Shown here: in pieces, positions 1 to 8,471 of the stretch | Layout of the letters: the number at the start of each line of letters is the position of its first letter | How positions within the stretch are numbered: position 1 is the first letter of the stretch | Translations under genes and position numbers: made by a program | The notes under the pieces: model-generated | Seen by the model: only the letters and a program-made list of their open reading frames with translations | Databases searched by the model: none | What the model was told of the DNA's origin: nothing | Assembly (NCBI RefSeq): GCF_001462395.1 | Contig: NZ_LNTB01000001.1 | Coordinates: 1,304,758 to 1,344,757 of the forward strand | Source of the DNA: Pyrodictium occultum | GTDB taxonomy: Archaea > Thermoproteota > Thermoprotei_A > Sulfolobales > Pyrodictiaceae | Direction of reading: 5' to 3' | Length of the DNA stretch: 40,000 nucleotides

Positions 1-219
1 ACGCTGGCGGAACGCCTGGAGGTAGGCCGAGGCAATAGCCGCCAGCTCGTCCGCAGCCGCCTCGTAGTCCGGGTTCCTAGCGTTGACGGCGTAGGTGAAG
101 CCCTCGTACGCGGCCACAGTGACATCTATGCCGTCGACGGAGGAGGCCAACGCTATAAGCCTTGTGAGAACCTCCTCCGGCGACTCCGCTTTGGCCCTCT
201 CCTGCGCTGGCACGGACAA
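1..219 (-). CDS. 5' part of a hypothetical protein gene that runs off the left edge of the window
   Basis: Minus-strand frame is open from TTG 219 / GTG 213 to position 1 (VPAQERAKAESPEEVLTRLIALASSVDGIDVTVAAYEGFTYAVNARNPDYEAAADELAAIASAYLQAFRQR...). It is absent from the ORF track because it is truncated. A TATA-like box (minus-strand gcaatttaaaaagcc, 253-267) lies about 35-45 nt upstream. No family recognised. Confidence 0.4.
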   Translation of the reverse strand, partial: MSVPAQERAKAESPEEVLTRLIALASSVDGIDVTVAAYEGFTYAVNARNPDYEAAADELAAIASAYLQAFRQR

Positions 220-365
220 GGAGCCCGGCTCCCTAGCTTGGTGCACATGCCTTGGCTTTTTAAATTGCTTAGCCCCGGCAATGGGCTAGTCCCACGCCTC
301 CACAGCCAGAACCATGGTAGCCCCGTCAATTCAGCCACACAGTTAATCGTAAAATACATGTTGCC

Positions 366-974
366 GTGGGCCGCCGCTTAGAAACGCGGCTGCAGCGCCG
401 CCAGAGGGGTGGCCCCGAGATGCCCCAGAGACCGCTTACAGCCGGGAACGGCGGCTCAGGAATGCGGCTCCGGCCCTTCGCCGTCCTGGCCGCGCTGGCT
501 GCCCTGGCCTCTCTGGCGGCGCTTGCAAGCATGCTCTCCCCCGACAAGCCCGGGCCCAGCGTGCTGCTGACAACAGTCGTCCAGCCCTCGGGAGGGGTGC
601 TAGTAGACGTCCGGCCCAGCGTCCGCCTCCCGGGCGCAGCCCAGAGCGCCAGGGTGGATAGGTGGCTCACGCTCCTCTGCCGGAACAGCAGCACGGGCAC
701 AGTGGGCCTACGGGTGCAGCTCGCCGACAGGGACGTCGTGGAGGCCAGGCTTGACGGGCTTAGCATCGTCCTTAAGGGGCCCCGGGGAGAGAGGCTTGGC
801 GTGCTAGACGCCCTTCACCCGGCCCTGGATGTAAACATCTCCTGCGGCCCGGGCGGCCTAGCCTGGGTGGACGCCCTCGTGGAGTACAGGCTCCGGGGTA
901 GCCCGGGCGACGGGGGCGAGGTGCCGGTGGTACTGGCTGTTAGCGTGTACAAGGCCCGGGAGCCCGGGGAGTAG
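366..974 (+). CDS. Secreted hypothetical protein, tentatively a distant member of the TasA-like secreted family in this window
   Basis: ORF track. The hydrophobic leader MRLRPFAVLAALAALASLAALA begins at internal ATG 462, which is the more likely start. The mature part is about 150 aa. Its C-terminal half (VGLRVQLADRDVVEARLDGLSIVLKG...ALVEYRLRG...VPVVLAVSVY) has the same segment order as 11282-11812. Confidence 0.55.
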   Translation: MGRRLETRLQRRQRGGPEMPQRPLTAGNGGSGMRLRPFAVLAALAALASLAALASMLSPDKPGPSVLLTTVVQPSGGVLVDVRPSVRLPGAAQSARVDRWLTLLCRNSSTGTVGLRVQLADRDVVEARLDGLSIVLKGPRGERLGVLDALHPALDVNISCGPGGLAWVDALVEYRLRGSPGDGGEVPVVLAVSVYKAREPGE

Positions 975-1128
975 GCGGCCCAGGCGCGCCGGCGCTCCCG
1001 CAGGCCTCGCTAGCCCCATACCGGATGATTAACAAGGTTAATAAGGAGAATGCGCGGGGACGCGTGGGGGAAGGTCCCAGCAGGCCCGCTGCAGGGGCCG
1101 CTAAAGCCCTGGGGAGCGTTGACGGGCC

Positions 1129-2634
1129 TTGCCGACAGGCTCCGTGACGCCTGGCCCGCTGCTAGGCGGCGGCCCGGGCGAGCCTCTAGTGGTCCCCCTC
1201 GACGCGGAGAGCATACACTCGCTCATAAGCGACTTCAAGCGTGTGCTCTCCAGGATAGAACTTGTGGAGGAGGTCGGCGACGGGTACGTCGTTCTCCGTG
1301 TCCCCCGGCGCTTCGGCATCCTGAGGCTCGGCTCCAGGCCTATGCGGCTGGACATGCACGTCTATAGGCTCGAGAACGCGCTGGTGGTCCTCCTGGGCCG
1401 CGGCGCCGACTCCCTGGTCCTGGTGGTAAGTATAGCTGATGTGGGCGAGGGCGTGCACATAGTTGTCAGCGGCGGTGGCAGCGGCAGGCTATCCCCGGCG
1501 GCGGGTAGCCTGGTTAGGGGCGTGAGGGAGGCTATAGCGGGTGTAGTCGAGGAGGCCTGGCCCACGGTGAGCCTCTCCGGCGCCGACGACGAGCTGGCCG
1601 CTGCGGGCGTGCAGGACGCGGCGCTGGTGTTCTATGACAGCTTCACCCCCGTGAAGAACGTGCTCGTCGAGGCGGCGTACCGTGTCATAGCCGCCCTGGG
1701 CCCCGGCGAGTACCTGGCGGAGATACAGGGTATGCTCCACGAGTACTACTACCTCGCCCGCCTGGTCATCCGCGGCCGCAGCGTGACCGGCGTCTACGCC
1801 GAGATGGACGGGCACAGCGTCCGGGGCGAGGACGCGCTGAAGACCGCGTGGAAGCCCCCAAGCCACCGCGTCCGCCTACTCGCCTGGGCCCTCGGAGGCC
1901 AGCGCCATAGGGTGAGGGTCAACGCCCCCCAGCCGGTCTACGAGGAGGGGCGGCACGCGGTCTACAGGCTGTGGCCCGGCGGGCGCCCCGAGTACGGCGG
2001 GCTGACAGTCTCCACGTACATCGTAGGCGACGGCTACGAGTACGCCGTGGTGGACCCGGCGGGGCCCGCGGAGTGGAGCCAGGCTGTACGCGGCCTCGTC
2101 GGCGACATGGAGCAGCTGCGCCTCATAGTGGCCGGGGATGCGAGCGCATCCACCTACCCCCTGCTTAGGGAGCTCTACGCCGCCTCCCCCGCCCAGGTGC
2201 TGGCCCCGCCCTACGCCTGGGCCCAGCTAGCAGGCCTCCTAGACCAGCCGGACCGCGTGTCGGCCGTACCCCTAACCGGGGGCCGCGTCAGGCTGGGGCG
2301 GAGCGAGCTACACGTAATACCGGCCAGCTGCTGCGGCGGCATGCTGTCCCTCTACGACCAGGCCTCGAGGACGCTCTTCACAGGCCCCGTGCTGGGCTTC
2401 CTGCTTCCACCCGGCCTGCCCTACGCCGGGGACCCCGTGCTCCGGCGTGCCCTCCGCGCCTACCTGCGGAGCACGCTCACGCCCCAGGCCCTGGGCCGCT
2501 GGCTGAAGACGGTCCAGGGCCTGGAGGTTGAGAGGCTGGCCCCGCGCTACGGCCCCCTCGTTGAAGGAGTGGAGCGTGTAAAGTCGCTGCTCGGCGAGGC
2601 GGCGGAGCTCGTGGCGGAGGGTGAGGCGGAGTGA
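1129..2634 (+). CDS. Hypothetical protein with a C-terminal metallo-beta-lactamase-fold domain lacking the metal ligands
   Basis: TTG 1129 is the first start after in-frame stops at 1102 and 1120. A 4-nt overlap (GTGA) with the next gene suggests an operon. The MBL-like pattern is YIVGDGYEYAVVDPAG...LIVAGDASASTYP...LHVIPASCCGGMLSLYD...LFTGPVLG, with the HxHxDH, PGH and GD positions substituted. Confidence 0.6.
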   Translation: MPTGSVTPGPLLGGGPGEPLVVPLDAESIHSLISDFKRVLSRIELVEEVGDGYVVLRVPRRFGILRLGSRPMRLDMHVYRLENALVVLLGRGADSLVLVVSIADVGEGVHIVVSGGGSGRLSPAAGSLVRGVREAIAGVVEEAWPTVSLSGADDELAAAGVQDAALVFYDSFTPVKNVLVEAAYRVIAALGPGEYLAEIQGMLHEYYYLARLVIRGRSVTGVYAEMDGHSVRGEDALKTAWKPPSHRVRLLAWALGGQRHRVRVNAPQPVYEEGRHAVYRLWPGGRPEYGGLTVSTYIVGDGYEYAVVDPAGPAEWSQAVRGLVGDMEQLRLIVAGDASASTYPLLRELYAASPAQVLAPPYAWAQLAGLLDQPDRVSAVPLTGGRVRLGRSELHVIPASCCGGMLSLYDQASRTLFTGPVLGFLLPPGLPYAGDPVLRRALRAYLRSTLTPQALGRWLKTVQGLEVERLAPRYGPLVEGVERVKSLLGEAAELVAEGEAE

Positions 2635-3209
2635 AGGGCCCGTACCTTGACCTCCGGGGATACCGTGGCTTCATCCCCTACAGGGAGCTGGAGAGGAGCA
2701 TGGAGGGTGTGAGGGAGCTGCGGCTCGCGGTAGACCCCGAGGCGGTGCCCCTCGTGGAGGCGTGGGCCCGGCTCCAGGGGCTCCAGGCGAGCCTGGCGGA
2801 GGACGGTACCCTGCGGCTGGCCAGGAGAGGTGACAAGCAGGGCGGCGCCAAGGAGAAGGTGGAGCGGGAGGCTGCTGCCCCGCCGCTCTGGGTCGACCAT
2901 GGCTCCTGGGACAGCGAGCTCTCGAAGCGCCTATCTGATGCGGGCTACATAGTCAACACCGTCATCCAGGCCCCCGTCCTCTACCGGGGCCACCCCTCCG
3001 GCTTCAACTACGATAGGCTCCGGGGCCGCTCGGCCCTGCTCCGTGTAACCATGCCAGACAGCGACTACTTTCTGGCCGTTCGCGGCGGCAGGGTGGTGGC
3101 GGCCGCCCAGCTGGGGAAGCCCCTGAGCCCCCGCCAGGCGGAGACGCTGCTGGCCACGCTCCAGTCCAGCTCGGAGGCCCTCCTAACGGTCTACAATACA
3201 TCCGTCTAG
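2631..3209 (+). CDS. Hypothetical protein, translationally coupled to the upstream gene
   Basis: ORF track; the start overlaps the upstream stop. No confident family. The C-terminal segment (ALLRVTMPDSDYFLAVRGGRVVAAAQLG) is weakly Roadblock-like. Confidence 0.5.
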   Translation: MKGPYLDLRGYRGFIPYRELERSMEGVRELRLAVDPEAVPLVEAWARLQGLQASLAEDGTLRLARRGDKQGGAKEKVEREAAAPPLWVDHGSWDSELSKRLSDAGYIVNTVIQAPVLYRGHPSGFNYDRLRGRSALLRVTMPDSDYFLAVRGGRVVAAAQLGKPLSPRQAETLLATLQSSSEALLTVYNTSV

Positions 3210-3310
3210 CGTGACGGCACGGAGCCCCTAGGCGCCTCCAGCTGCCTCCGCAGCCCCCCGGGCTGCCCGTAGGGGCCTCTCCCCGGCTCCAGGGCTTCTA
3301 GTGGACATAG

Positions 3311-3320
3311 GCTTTTATCC
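3311..3320 (+). promoter_or_regulatory. TATA-box-like element for the leaderless 3342 gene
   Basis: gcttttatcc is centred about 26 nt upstream of ATG 3342, the canonical archaeal TATA-to-TSS spacing. Confidence 0.5.
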
Positions 3321-3341
3321 TACGGAACTTCCGCCTGCTGC

Positions 3342-5198
3342 ATGGTGACGCTGGTGGCCCTCGCCAGGACGCTCCTGCTGCTCGCCATCCTGGCCGCGGC
3401 GCTCTATCTCCTCAAGCCCGTCCACGCCGCGGAGGCCGGGTCTAGCACCCCCCAGCCCTCGTGGAGCGTCATCCTGGGATACAGCGTCACCAGGCTAGCC
3501 TGGAACACCTCTAGCGACCACTTGTTAGTGGGCACTAGCGGCGGCGCCGTCCTGCTCGACCGGTCCGGCCACAAGGTGTGGGGGCTGCTGCCCAAGGAGC
3601 CGGTCTACGACGTGGCGTTCTCCCCCGACGGGAGGCTTGTGGCAGTGGCCGCTGGGAGGATATGGCACTACGTATACGTGCTCGACGCTGCCACCGGGAG
3701 GGAGGCCGCGAGGATATTCAGCATATGGGGCGACCTGGCGAGCGTCTGCTGGGTCTCCACCGGCTTCCTCGTCGCGGGGGAGTCGGGGAGGCCGAGGCTC
3801 CACCTCTACAAGCTGGTCCAGGGGCCGACGGGGTCCCTGGAGCCGCGCAGCCTGGCGGTGATAAGCCTAGGGGATGGGGACTATGGCGGCGTGGCCTCCA
3901 TAGCCTGCATACCCGGGAAGGAGCAGGTGGTTGTAGGCATGCGCAACGGCTACATAGCCCTCGTCTCCCTCATTTCCGGCAAGCCCGTCTGGGTGTCGCC
4001 CAGCCTCGGGGGGCAGCTGGCCGGCATGGCTCTCGGCGGCGATGTTGTGGCGGCAGCCGTCATCGACAAGAGCCACGGTGTCTCAAGGCTCTACCTGCTA
4101 TCGCTCGCTAGAGGGGAGGTTATGGCCTCCTATAGCGTCGAGACGCTTATCACCTCGATAGCGGTCACGGGCAACTACCTCATAGCGGGTGATCTAGGCG
4201 GCGACCTCTACCTCTTCCAGTACGGCCGAGGAGGCCTCGAGCTGGTAGACATAGACAGGGTCTCGCTTGCCCCGATAACAGCTATCGCGGTCAGCCCCGA
4301 CGGCTCCCAGCTGGCCATAGGCGTGGAGAAGGGTGTCGTAGCCTCGTTCAACGCCGCCGACTTCATCTACGAGAGGCTTGCCAAGATAGTGTCTGGGGTG
4401 AGCACCGTCTACACCCTGATCAGCGTAGCCATTGATGATAGGCCCGTGGTGTTGTTCAGGACTGTCATAGACCTGCCGTCCGTGCTTTCGCTGAACGTGG
4501 GCAGCTATAATGTATCCTTCGACGCGGTCCTGGAGCAGGTTAGGCTGCCCTGCAACGTCGTGCTTGAGGTGAACGTGGTGGAGCTGAAGGAAATGGACAC
4601 CAATATGACTGTAGCAACTATGCTGCTCGACAAGCCTCTAGAGATATCCTGCCACGGCATAAAATACGGCTACCAGGAGTCTAATGTGAGCGTCCATGGC
4701 CGGGCGGTGCTAGCCCTCTCCGAGACCAGTAGCCTGCGGCTCCTCGGCGACAGGGAGCATGTACTGGTTAGGCTGCAGGCAGCGCCCTACATCGCGGTGT
4801 ACTACGGGGGCCGGCCCGGCAGGCTGGCCTCCGAGATAAGGGTGGATAACCTGGTCCCGGCCACAGTCATACTAGCCAAGTACTTCAGCCGCATCCAGGG
4901 CCTAGTGGCGCCGGCCCCCGGAGCAGCTACAAGGACGGTAACAACCACTGTCACCACTACCGTGACGAGGACGGTGACCACGACCCCGGCTGGAGCCTGC
5001 GGGGGTGCAGCCACGCCTCCGGCCAGCTCGGCCTCCAGGGGGCCCGCGGCCAGCGCGGCCACCAGCGCCGCCGGGGGAGCCTGGTCCGGCAGCAGGCTGG
5101 CCGCGGCAGGGATCGTGGCGGCCCTGACGGCTATAGGCCTTCTCATGCTCGTAGCGGGTCATAGGAGGAGGGGCGGCAGGAGAGGCGGCGCCGCTTAG
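3342..5198 (+). CDS. Surface-anchored beta-propeller (WD40/PQQ-like repeat) protein with a Thr/Val stalk and a C-terminal TM anchor
   Basis: N-terminal signal/TM (LLLLAILAAALYLLKPVHA). Repeated propeller-type blades (VYDVAFSPDGRLVAVAAG, ITAIAVSPDGSQLAIGVEKG, LIAGDLGGDLYLF). Linker TRTVTTTVTTTVTRTVTTTP. C-terminal TM IVAALTAIGLLMLVAG followed by the basic tail HRRRGGRRGG. Confidence 0.75.
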   Translation: MVTLVALARTLLLLAILAAALYLLKPVHAAEAGSSTPQPSWSVILGYSVTRLAWNTSSDHLLVGTSGGAVLLDRSGHKVWGLLPKEPVYDVAFSPDGRLVAVAAGRIWHYVYVLDAATGREAARIFSIWGDLASVCWVSTGFLVAGESGRPRLHLYKLVQGPTGSLEPRSLAVISLGDGDYGGVASIACIPGKEQVVVGMRNGYIALVSLISGKPVWVSPSLGGQLAGMALGGDVVAAAVIDKSHGVSRLYLLSLARGEVMASYSVETLITSIAVTGNYLIAGDLGGDLYLFQYGRGGLELVDIDRVSLAPITAIAVSPDGSQLAIGVEKGVVASFNAADFIYERLAKIVSGVSTVYTLISVAIDDRPVVLFRTVIDLPSVLSLNVGSYNVSFDAVLEQVRLPCNVVLEVNVVELKEMDTNMTVATMLLDKPLEISCHGIKYGYQESNVSVHGRAVLALSETSSLRLLGDREHVLVRLQAAPYIAVYYGGRPGRLASEIRVDNLVPATVILAKYFSRIQGLVAPAPGAATRTVTTTVTTTVTRTVTTTPAGACGGAATPPASSASRGPAASAATSAAGGAWSGSRLAAAGIVAALTAIGLLMLVAGHRRRGGRRGGAA

Positions 5199-5346
5199 GC
5201 TTTTCGGAGGCCGGTCCGTGTCCGCCCCTACATTCCTCTACGCGCCTGGCAGCGCCATGGCTCGCTGCGGCGGCCCCGCGCCATGGGCGACGCGTATTTA
5301 GTGTCGGCACGGCCCTGGAGGGATTGAGAGGGCGGGGTTATAGACC

Positions 5347-6132
5347 TTGGCCCCTGTTAAGAGGAGCGCGGTGCTCGACGTAGCCGCCCCCTGCGACCGG
5401 GTTATACGGCTGCTATCCTCCCGCGACCCCTCCTCCTTCCTGGCGGGCGCGGCCAGGCTCAGCGGCCAGGGAGAGAAGCGCGGCGTGAAGGTGCTTACCT
5501 TCGCCTCCGCCAGGTACGGCAGCCTGCGGGTGGAGGCCGAGGAGAGGGTCGAGGCTGACCGCCTGGAGCTGCTCCTCCGGGGCGACCTCCACGGCTCCGT
5601 GCGGGTTGTCGGGGTCAGCAAGGGCAGCGGGTGCCGCCTCTACCTCGAGGCTGAGGGGGAGGGTAAGCTCGTCGAGGAGTACGGCGGTGACGCCCTCTCG
5701 CGCGTAATAAACCGTATAATGGTCACGCTGGTCAGCGTGTTCCCCGCCACTCTGCAGCCCCGGGTCTCCGGGGGCAGGCTCGGGGACTACTTCATCGAGC
5801 TCCTGGAGCTCATAAACCTCGCCCAGGGGGGTAGCGCGAGGATCCAGGGCAGGCTACGCAGTATAGCAGTGGACCTCAGCCGCGGGGTCGTGATAAACTC
5901 GGAGGGGCTGGGCGAGGAGGAGGCTAGCACGATAGCGAGGGCCCTCTCCGACGCCTACTCTAGGCTTGTTGAGGCCCTGGGTATTCTCGGTGATGGCGAG
6001 GTTTCACGCCTCGTAGTATCGGGTGACAAAAGCCTTATAGTGGCCAATGTAGCGGGTAAAATATCTGTGGCCACCGTGCTGCAGCAGGGTGGCGGAGAGG
6101 AGGCCGGCGCCTCCGGCTCCGGGGCGTCGTAG
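5347..6132 (+). CDS. Two-domain protein: SRPBCC-like N-terminus plus a Roadblock/LC7 (MglB-like) C-terminal domain
   Basis: The C-terminal 100 aa (SIAVDLSRGVVINSEGLGEEEASTIARALSDAYSRLVEALGILGDGEVSRLVVSGDKSLIVANVAGKISVATVL) fit the Roadblock/LC7 pattern. The N-terminal part (VKRSAVLDVAAPCDRVIRLL...) resembles SRPBCC/CoxG-type domains. The start codon (TTG 5347) is uncertain. Confidence 0.55.
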   Translation: MAPVKRSAVLDVAAPCDRVIRLLSSRDPSSFLAGAARLSGQGEKRGVKVLTFASARYGSLRVEAEERVEADRLELLLRGDLHGSVRVVGVSKGSGCRLYLEAEGEGKLVEEYGGDALSRVINRIMVTLVSVFPATLQPRVSGGRLGDYFIELLELINLAQGGSARIQGRLRSIAVDLSRGVVINSEGLGEEEASTIARALSDAYSRLVEALGILGDGEVSRLVVSGDKSLIVANVAGKISVATVLQQGGGEEAGASGSGAS

Positions 6133-6138
6133 AGGCTG

Positions 6139-6966
6139 ATGCCCCAGTCTCCCAGCCGCCCTTGGAGGCTGATGAGCTTGTCAAAGCCGTTTGTTATGAG
6201 GCTGCTGCGTAGGCGCCCGCTCAGCTACACTGTCCTAGTCCTCTTCATACTAGACCGCTCCCTGAGCATGATGGAGCCCAAGACCTATGACTACCGCGGC
6301 AAGTGGTTCCACCTAGTGGACCTGGTTGAGGCTCTCCTACGCAGGCTGGGCCGCAGCAGGATGGCCCCCGCCTTCCGGGTCGGCTTCGTCTGGTTCAGCG
6401 ACGACGTCGAGGTGGTTGAGTGGAACGGCGAGGTCTACTTCCCCGTCGCCCCGAGGAACGTGGCGCTCGACGTGTTCCGTAAGAGTGCGGAGAGGAACCG
6501 GCCCTACGGCATGACCGCCATGGCTGACGCGCTGGAGGCGGCGGCGTCCGTGGTCGAGCGGTATGTGGACCAGTTGACGCTGCCGCCGGAGAAGTATGGG
6601 ACTCTCTTCCTCTTCACCGACGGCAGGGAGACCAGGAGAACGGTGGACGACGTGGTGGTGGCAGCGGAGAAGATAACCATGGAGCTGGCGGAGAGGATGA
6701 AGAAGCTCAACGAGAGGAACCGTATAGGCCTCGCAACCATAGCCCTCGGCCAGGACGCCGACAGGGAGACGCTGAGGGATATAGCGAGCTTCCTGCGTGA
6801 GGCGCAGCGCCGTGTCCTCGAGGACCGGGGGCTCCTGGACCTGGTGGACCCGCCCTACCACGAGAAGATGTTCATAGACGCGCCCGCCGATGACCGTATA
6901 ACGCGCGAGTGGGAGGAGGCTGTGAGGAGGTTCGTGGAGAGGCTGAGCGAGACGGCTACGGTCTAG
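6139..6966 (+). CDS. von Willebrand factor type A (vWA) domain protein
   Basis: MIDAS motif DRSLSM (DxSxS) after the beta-strand VLVLFIL. A downstream TAMADAL and LFLFTDGRET match vWA motif order. The start may be ATG 6172. Confidence 0.8.
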   Translation: MPQSPSRPWRLMSLSKPFVMRLLRRRPLSYTVLVLFILDRSLSMMEPKTYDYRGKWFHLVDLVEALLRRLGRSRMAPAFRVGFVWFSDDVEVVEWNGEVYFPVAPRNVALDVFRKSAERNRPYGMTAMADALEAAASVVERYVDQLTLPPEKYGTLFLFTDGRETRRTVDDVVVAAEKITMELAERMKKLNERNRIGLATIALGQDADRETLRDIASFLREAQRRVLEDRGLLDLVDPPYHEKMFIDAPADDRITREWEEAVRRFVERLSETATV

Positions 6967-6976
6967 GCCTTCTAGG

Positions 6977-8032
6977 GTGTCAGCCCCCATGGCTAGGCTC
7001 AGCCTGGTTTTCCACAGCGGCTTCGTGGTGTCCACTGATAGCGATGAGTGGGAGCTGCTCGATAGCGGCGGCGAGGCCGACATATACCGGGCTAGGCTCC
7101 GGGGCGGGCAGAGCTACATAGTCAAGCTGTATACGCCCAAGTACACGGGGCTCGCCCGGCCGGTGGAGCGCATCGCTGAGATGCTTAGGAGGCTCACTAG
7201 GCTCCGCAGGAGGTGTGGGGGGTCGATACCCGAGAGCCTCTGGGCCCGCGGCCTCCCCGTAGCCGTGGGAGCCCTCGAGGACAGGGCCGTGCTAGTGTTC
7301 CGGGAGGTGGAGGACTTCACTACGGTATCCGAGCTGGTGAACAACCCGGAGCTGCTGGGGGAGTACCTCGAGAGGCACAGCCTGGAGGAGAGGAGGCGGT
7401 TCGCCCGCGAGGTGCTGCGGGGCCTCGCCTGCCTAGACGCGGCCGACATAGTCCATGTCGACGCTACGACGCCCAACGCGGCCTACGGCAGGGTCGGGGA
7501 GACTAGAGGGGTATTCCTCTACGACTACGAGACGGCGGGCATTATAGGCTCCGAGGACTACCCCCTCACCGTTCTCCCCGCCCGCGACGCCAACCTCCTC
7601 CCCGTGGAGGTGCTGGCCGAGGCCGGGGTTGAGATACAGCCCCCGGACCCGGGCGAGCTGCCCATACCCCTCCAGCCCTCCCGGCTCCCCAGGCCCATCC
7701 TCTCCTGGATAGCCTGGACCCCGACCTGGTACGGCCTGCAGCTGGTGGCGCTGGTCTACAGCGGCCTCAGTCCCTTCCACGGCCTCCCCGTGCTGAGCAG
7801 CAGCTACTGGCTAGAGATAGTGGAGGCCGAGGCCGCGCAGGGCTACCCGGGCGGCTGGCCCCCGCTGAGCATGGTGGACCAGGGCTACCTGGACCAGACC
7901 GAGTACCTGGAGCTGAGCAAGCTGTGGAGAAGCCTTGGCGAGGACGTGGTGGAGGCGATGTACCACGTCTTCATCGTCGACCCGGGCGAGCGGCGGGGCA
8001 TGCCGAGCTACCCACTCTCGTCAATATTCTAG
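6977..8032 (+). CDS. Eukaryotic-like protein kinase-fold protein (putative Ser/Thr kinase)
   Basis: Gly-rich loop plus Lys strand (LDSGGEADIYRARLRGGQSYIVKLY). Catalytic-loop-like IVHVDATTPNAAY (HxD...N). DFG-equivalent LYDYETAG. It begins 11 nt after the vWA stop, so the two are probably co-transcribed. Confidence 0.7.
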   Translation: MSAPMARLSLVFHSGFVVSTDSDEWELLDSGGEADIYRARLRGGQSYIVKLYTPKYTGLARPVERIAEMLRRLTRLRRRCGGSIPESLWARGLPVAVGALEDRAVLVFREVEDFTTVSELVNNPELLGEYLERHSLEERRRFAREVLRGLACLDAADIVHVDATTPNAAYGRVGETRGVFLYDYETAGIIGSEDYPLTVLPARDANLLPVEVLAEAGVEIQPPDPGELPIPLQPSRLPRPILSWIAWTPTWYGLQLVALVYSGLSPFHGLPVLSSSYWLEIVEAEAAQGYPGGWPPLSMVDQGYLDQTEYLELSKLWRSLGEDVVEAMYHVFIVDPGERRGMPSYPLSSIF

Positions 8033-8174
8033 CCCCCGGGCGGCCCCGCAGCCTCTCATGGAGCTGCCGCCCCGCCCGCCAGGGGTAGAGATTAGTAGGA
8101 CGGACCACAGTCAAGCCCATACTGTGGAGGGAGTCCCGCCCCGGCTGCCAATGAGGGAGGGCTGGCCGGTATAG

Positions 8175-8471
8175 GGGTGCCCTAGAGCCTTGAACCACCG
8201 CTCAGCAGCCCTCGCCCTGGCCGCCCTCGCCGCCTCGGCTGCCGCCCTCGCCCTGCTAGCAGGCTTCGCCACCACCCAGAGCCCGCTGAGCAGCTTCTAC
8301 GCGGTGGGCTGCGCGCAGGCGCCCAACGAGCCCATAAGCCTCCAGCAGCTCGGCAGCATAACCATAGCCCCAGCCTCCGGGGCCGAGGGCTCTCTCGAGG
8401 AGCCCGAGTGGCTCAAGATAACAAGGCACAGTGATGTCGACTATGTGAAGCTGGAGCTGAGCCTGGAGAAC
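8175..8471. repeat. 5' homology block of large paralog A, an inverted copy of 36513-36809
   Basis: By eye, both 297-bp blocks start 15 nt upstream of the TTG start (gggtgccctagagccTTGaaccacc...) and are near-identical, apart from a 42-bp fully diverged sub-block (8367-8408) and a few point differences. Confidence 0.85.

Noticed and set aside
1050-1367. 105-aa plus-strand ORF starting at ATG 1050 just downstream of a TATA-like ggttaataagg (1036-1046)
   Set aside because: The ATG is too close to the TATA for the usual spacing. The translation is Arg/Pro/Gly-rich low complexity, and the ORF overlaps the better-supported 1129-2634 frame, which has domain-like content.
4921-4990. Short periodic DNA (acaaccactgtcaccactaccgtgacgaggacggtgaccacgacc) and the similar Thr-codon-rich stretch at 26338-26586, considered as tandem repeats or a CRISPR-like array
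   Set aside because: Both lie inside well-supported ORFs and encode Thr/Val or Thr/Ser/Pro linker peptides. There are no regularly spaced identical repeats with unique spacers, and I saw no CRISPR array anywhere in the window.
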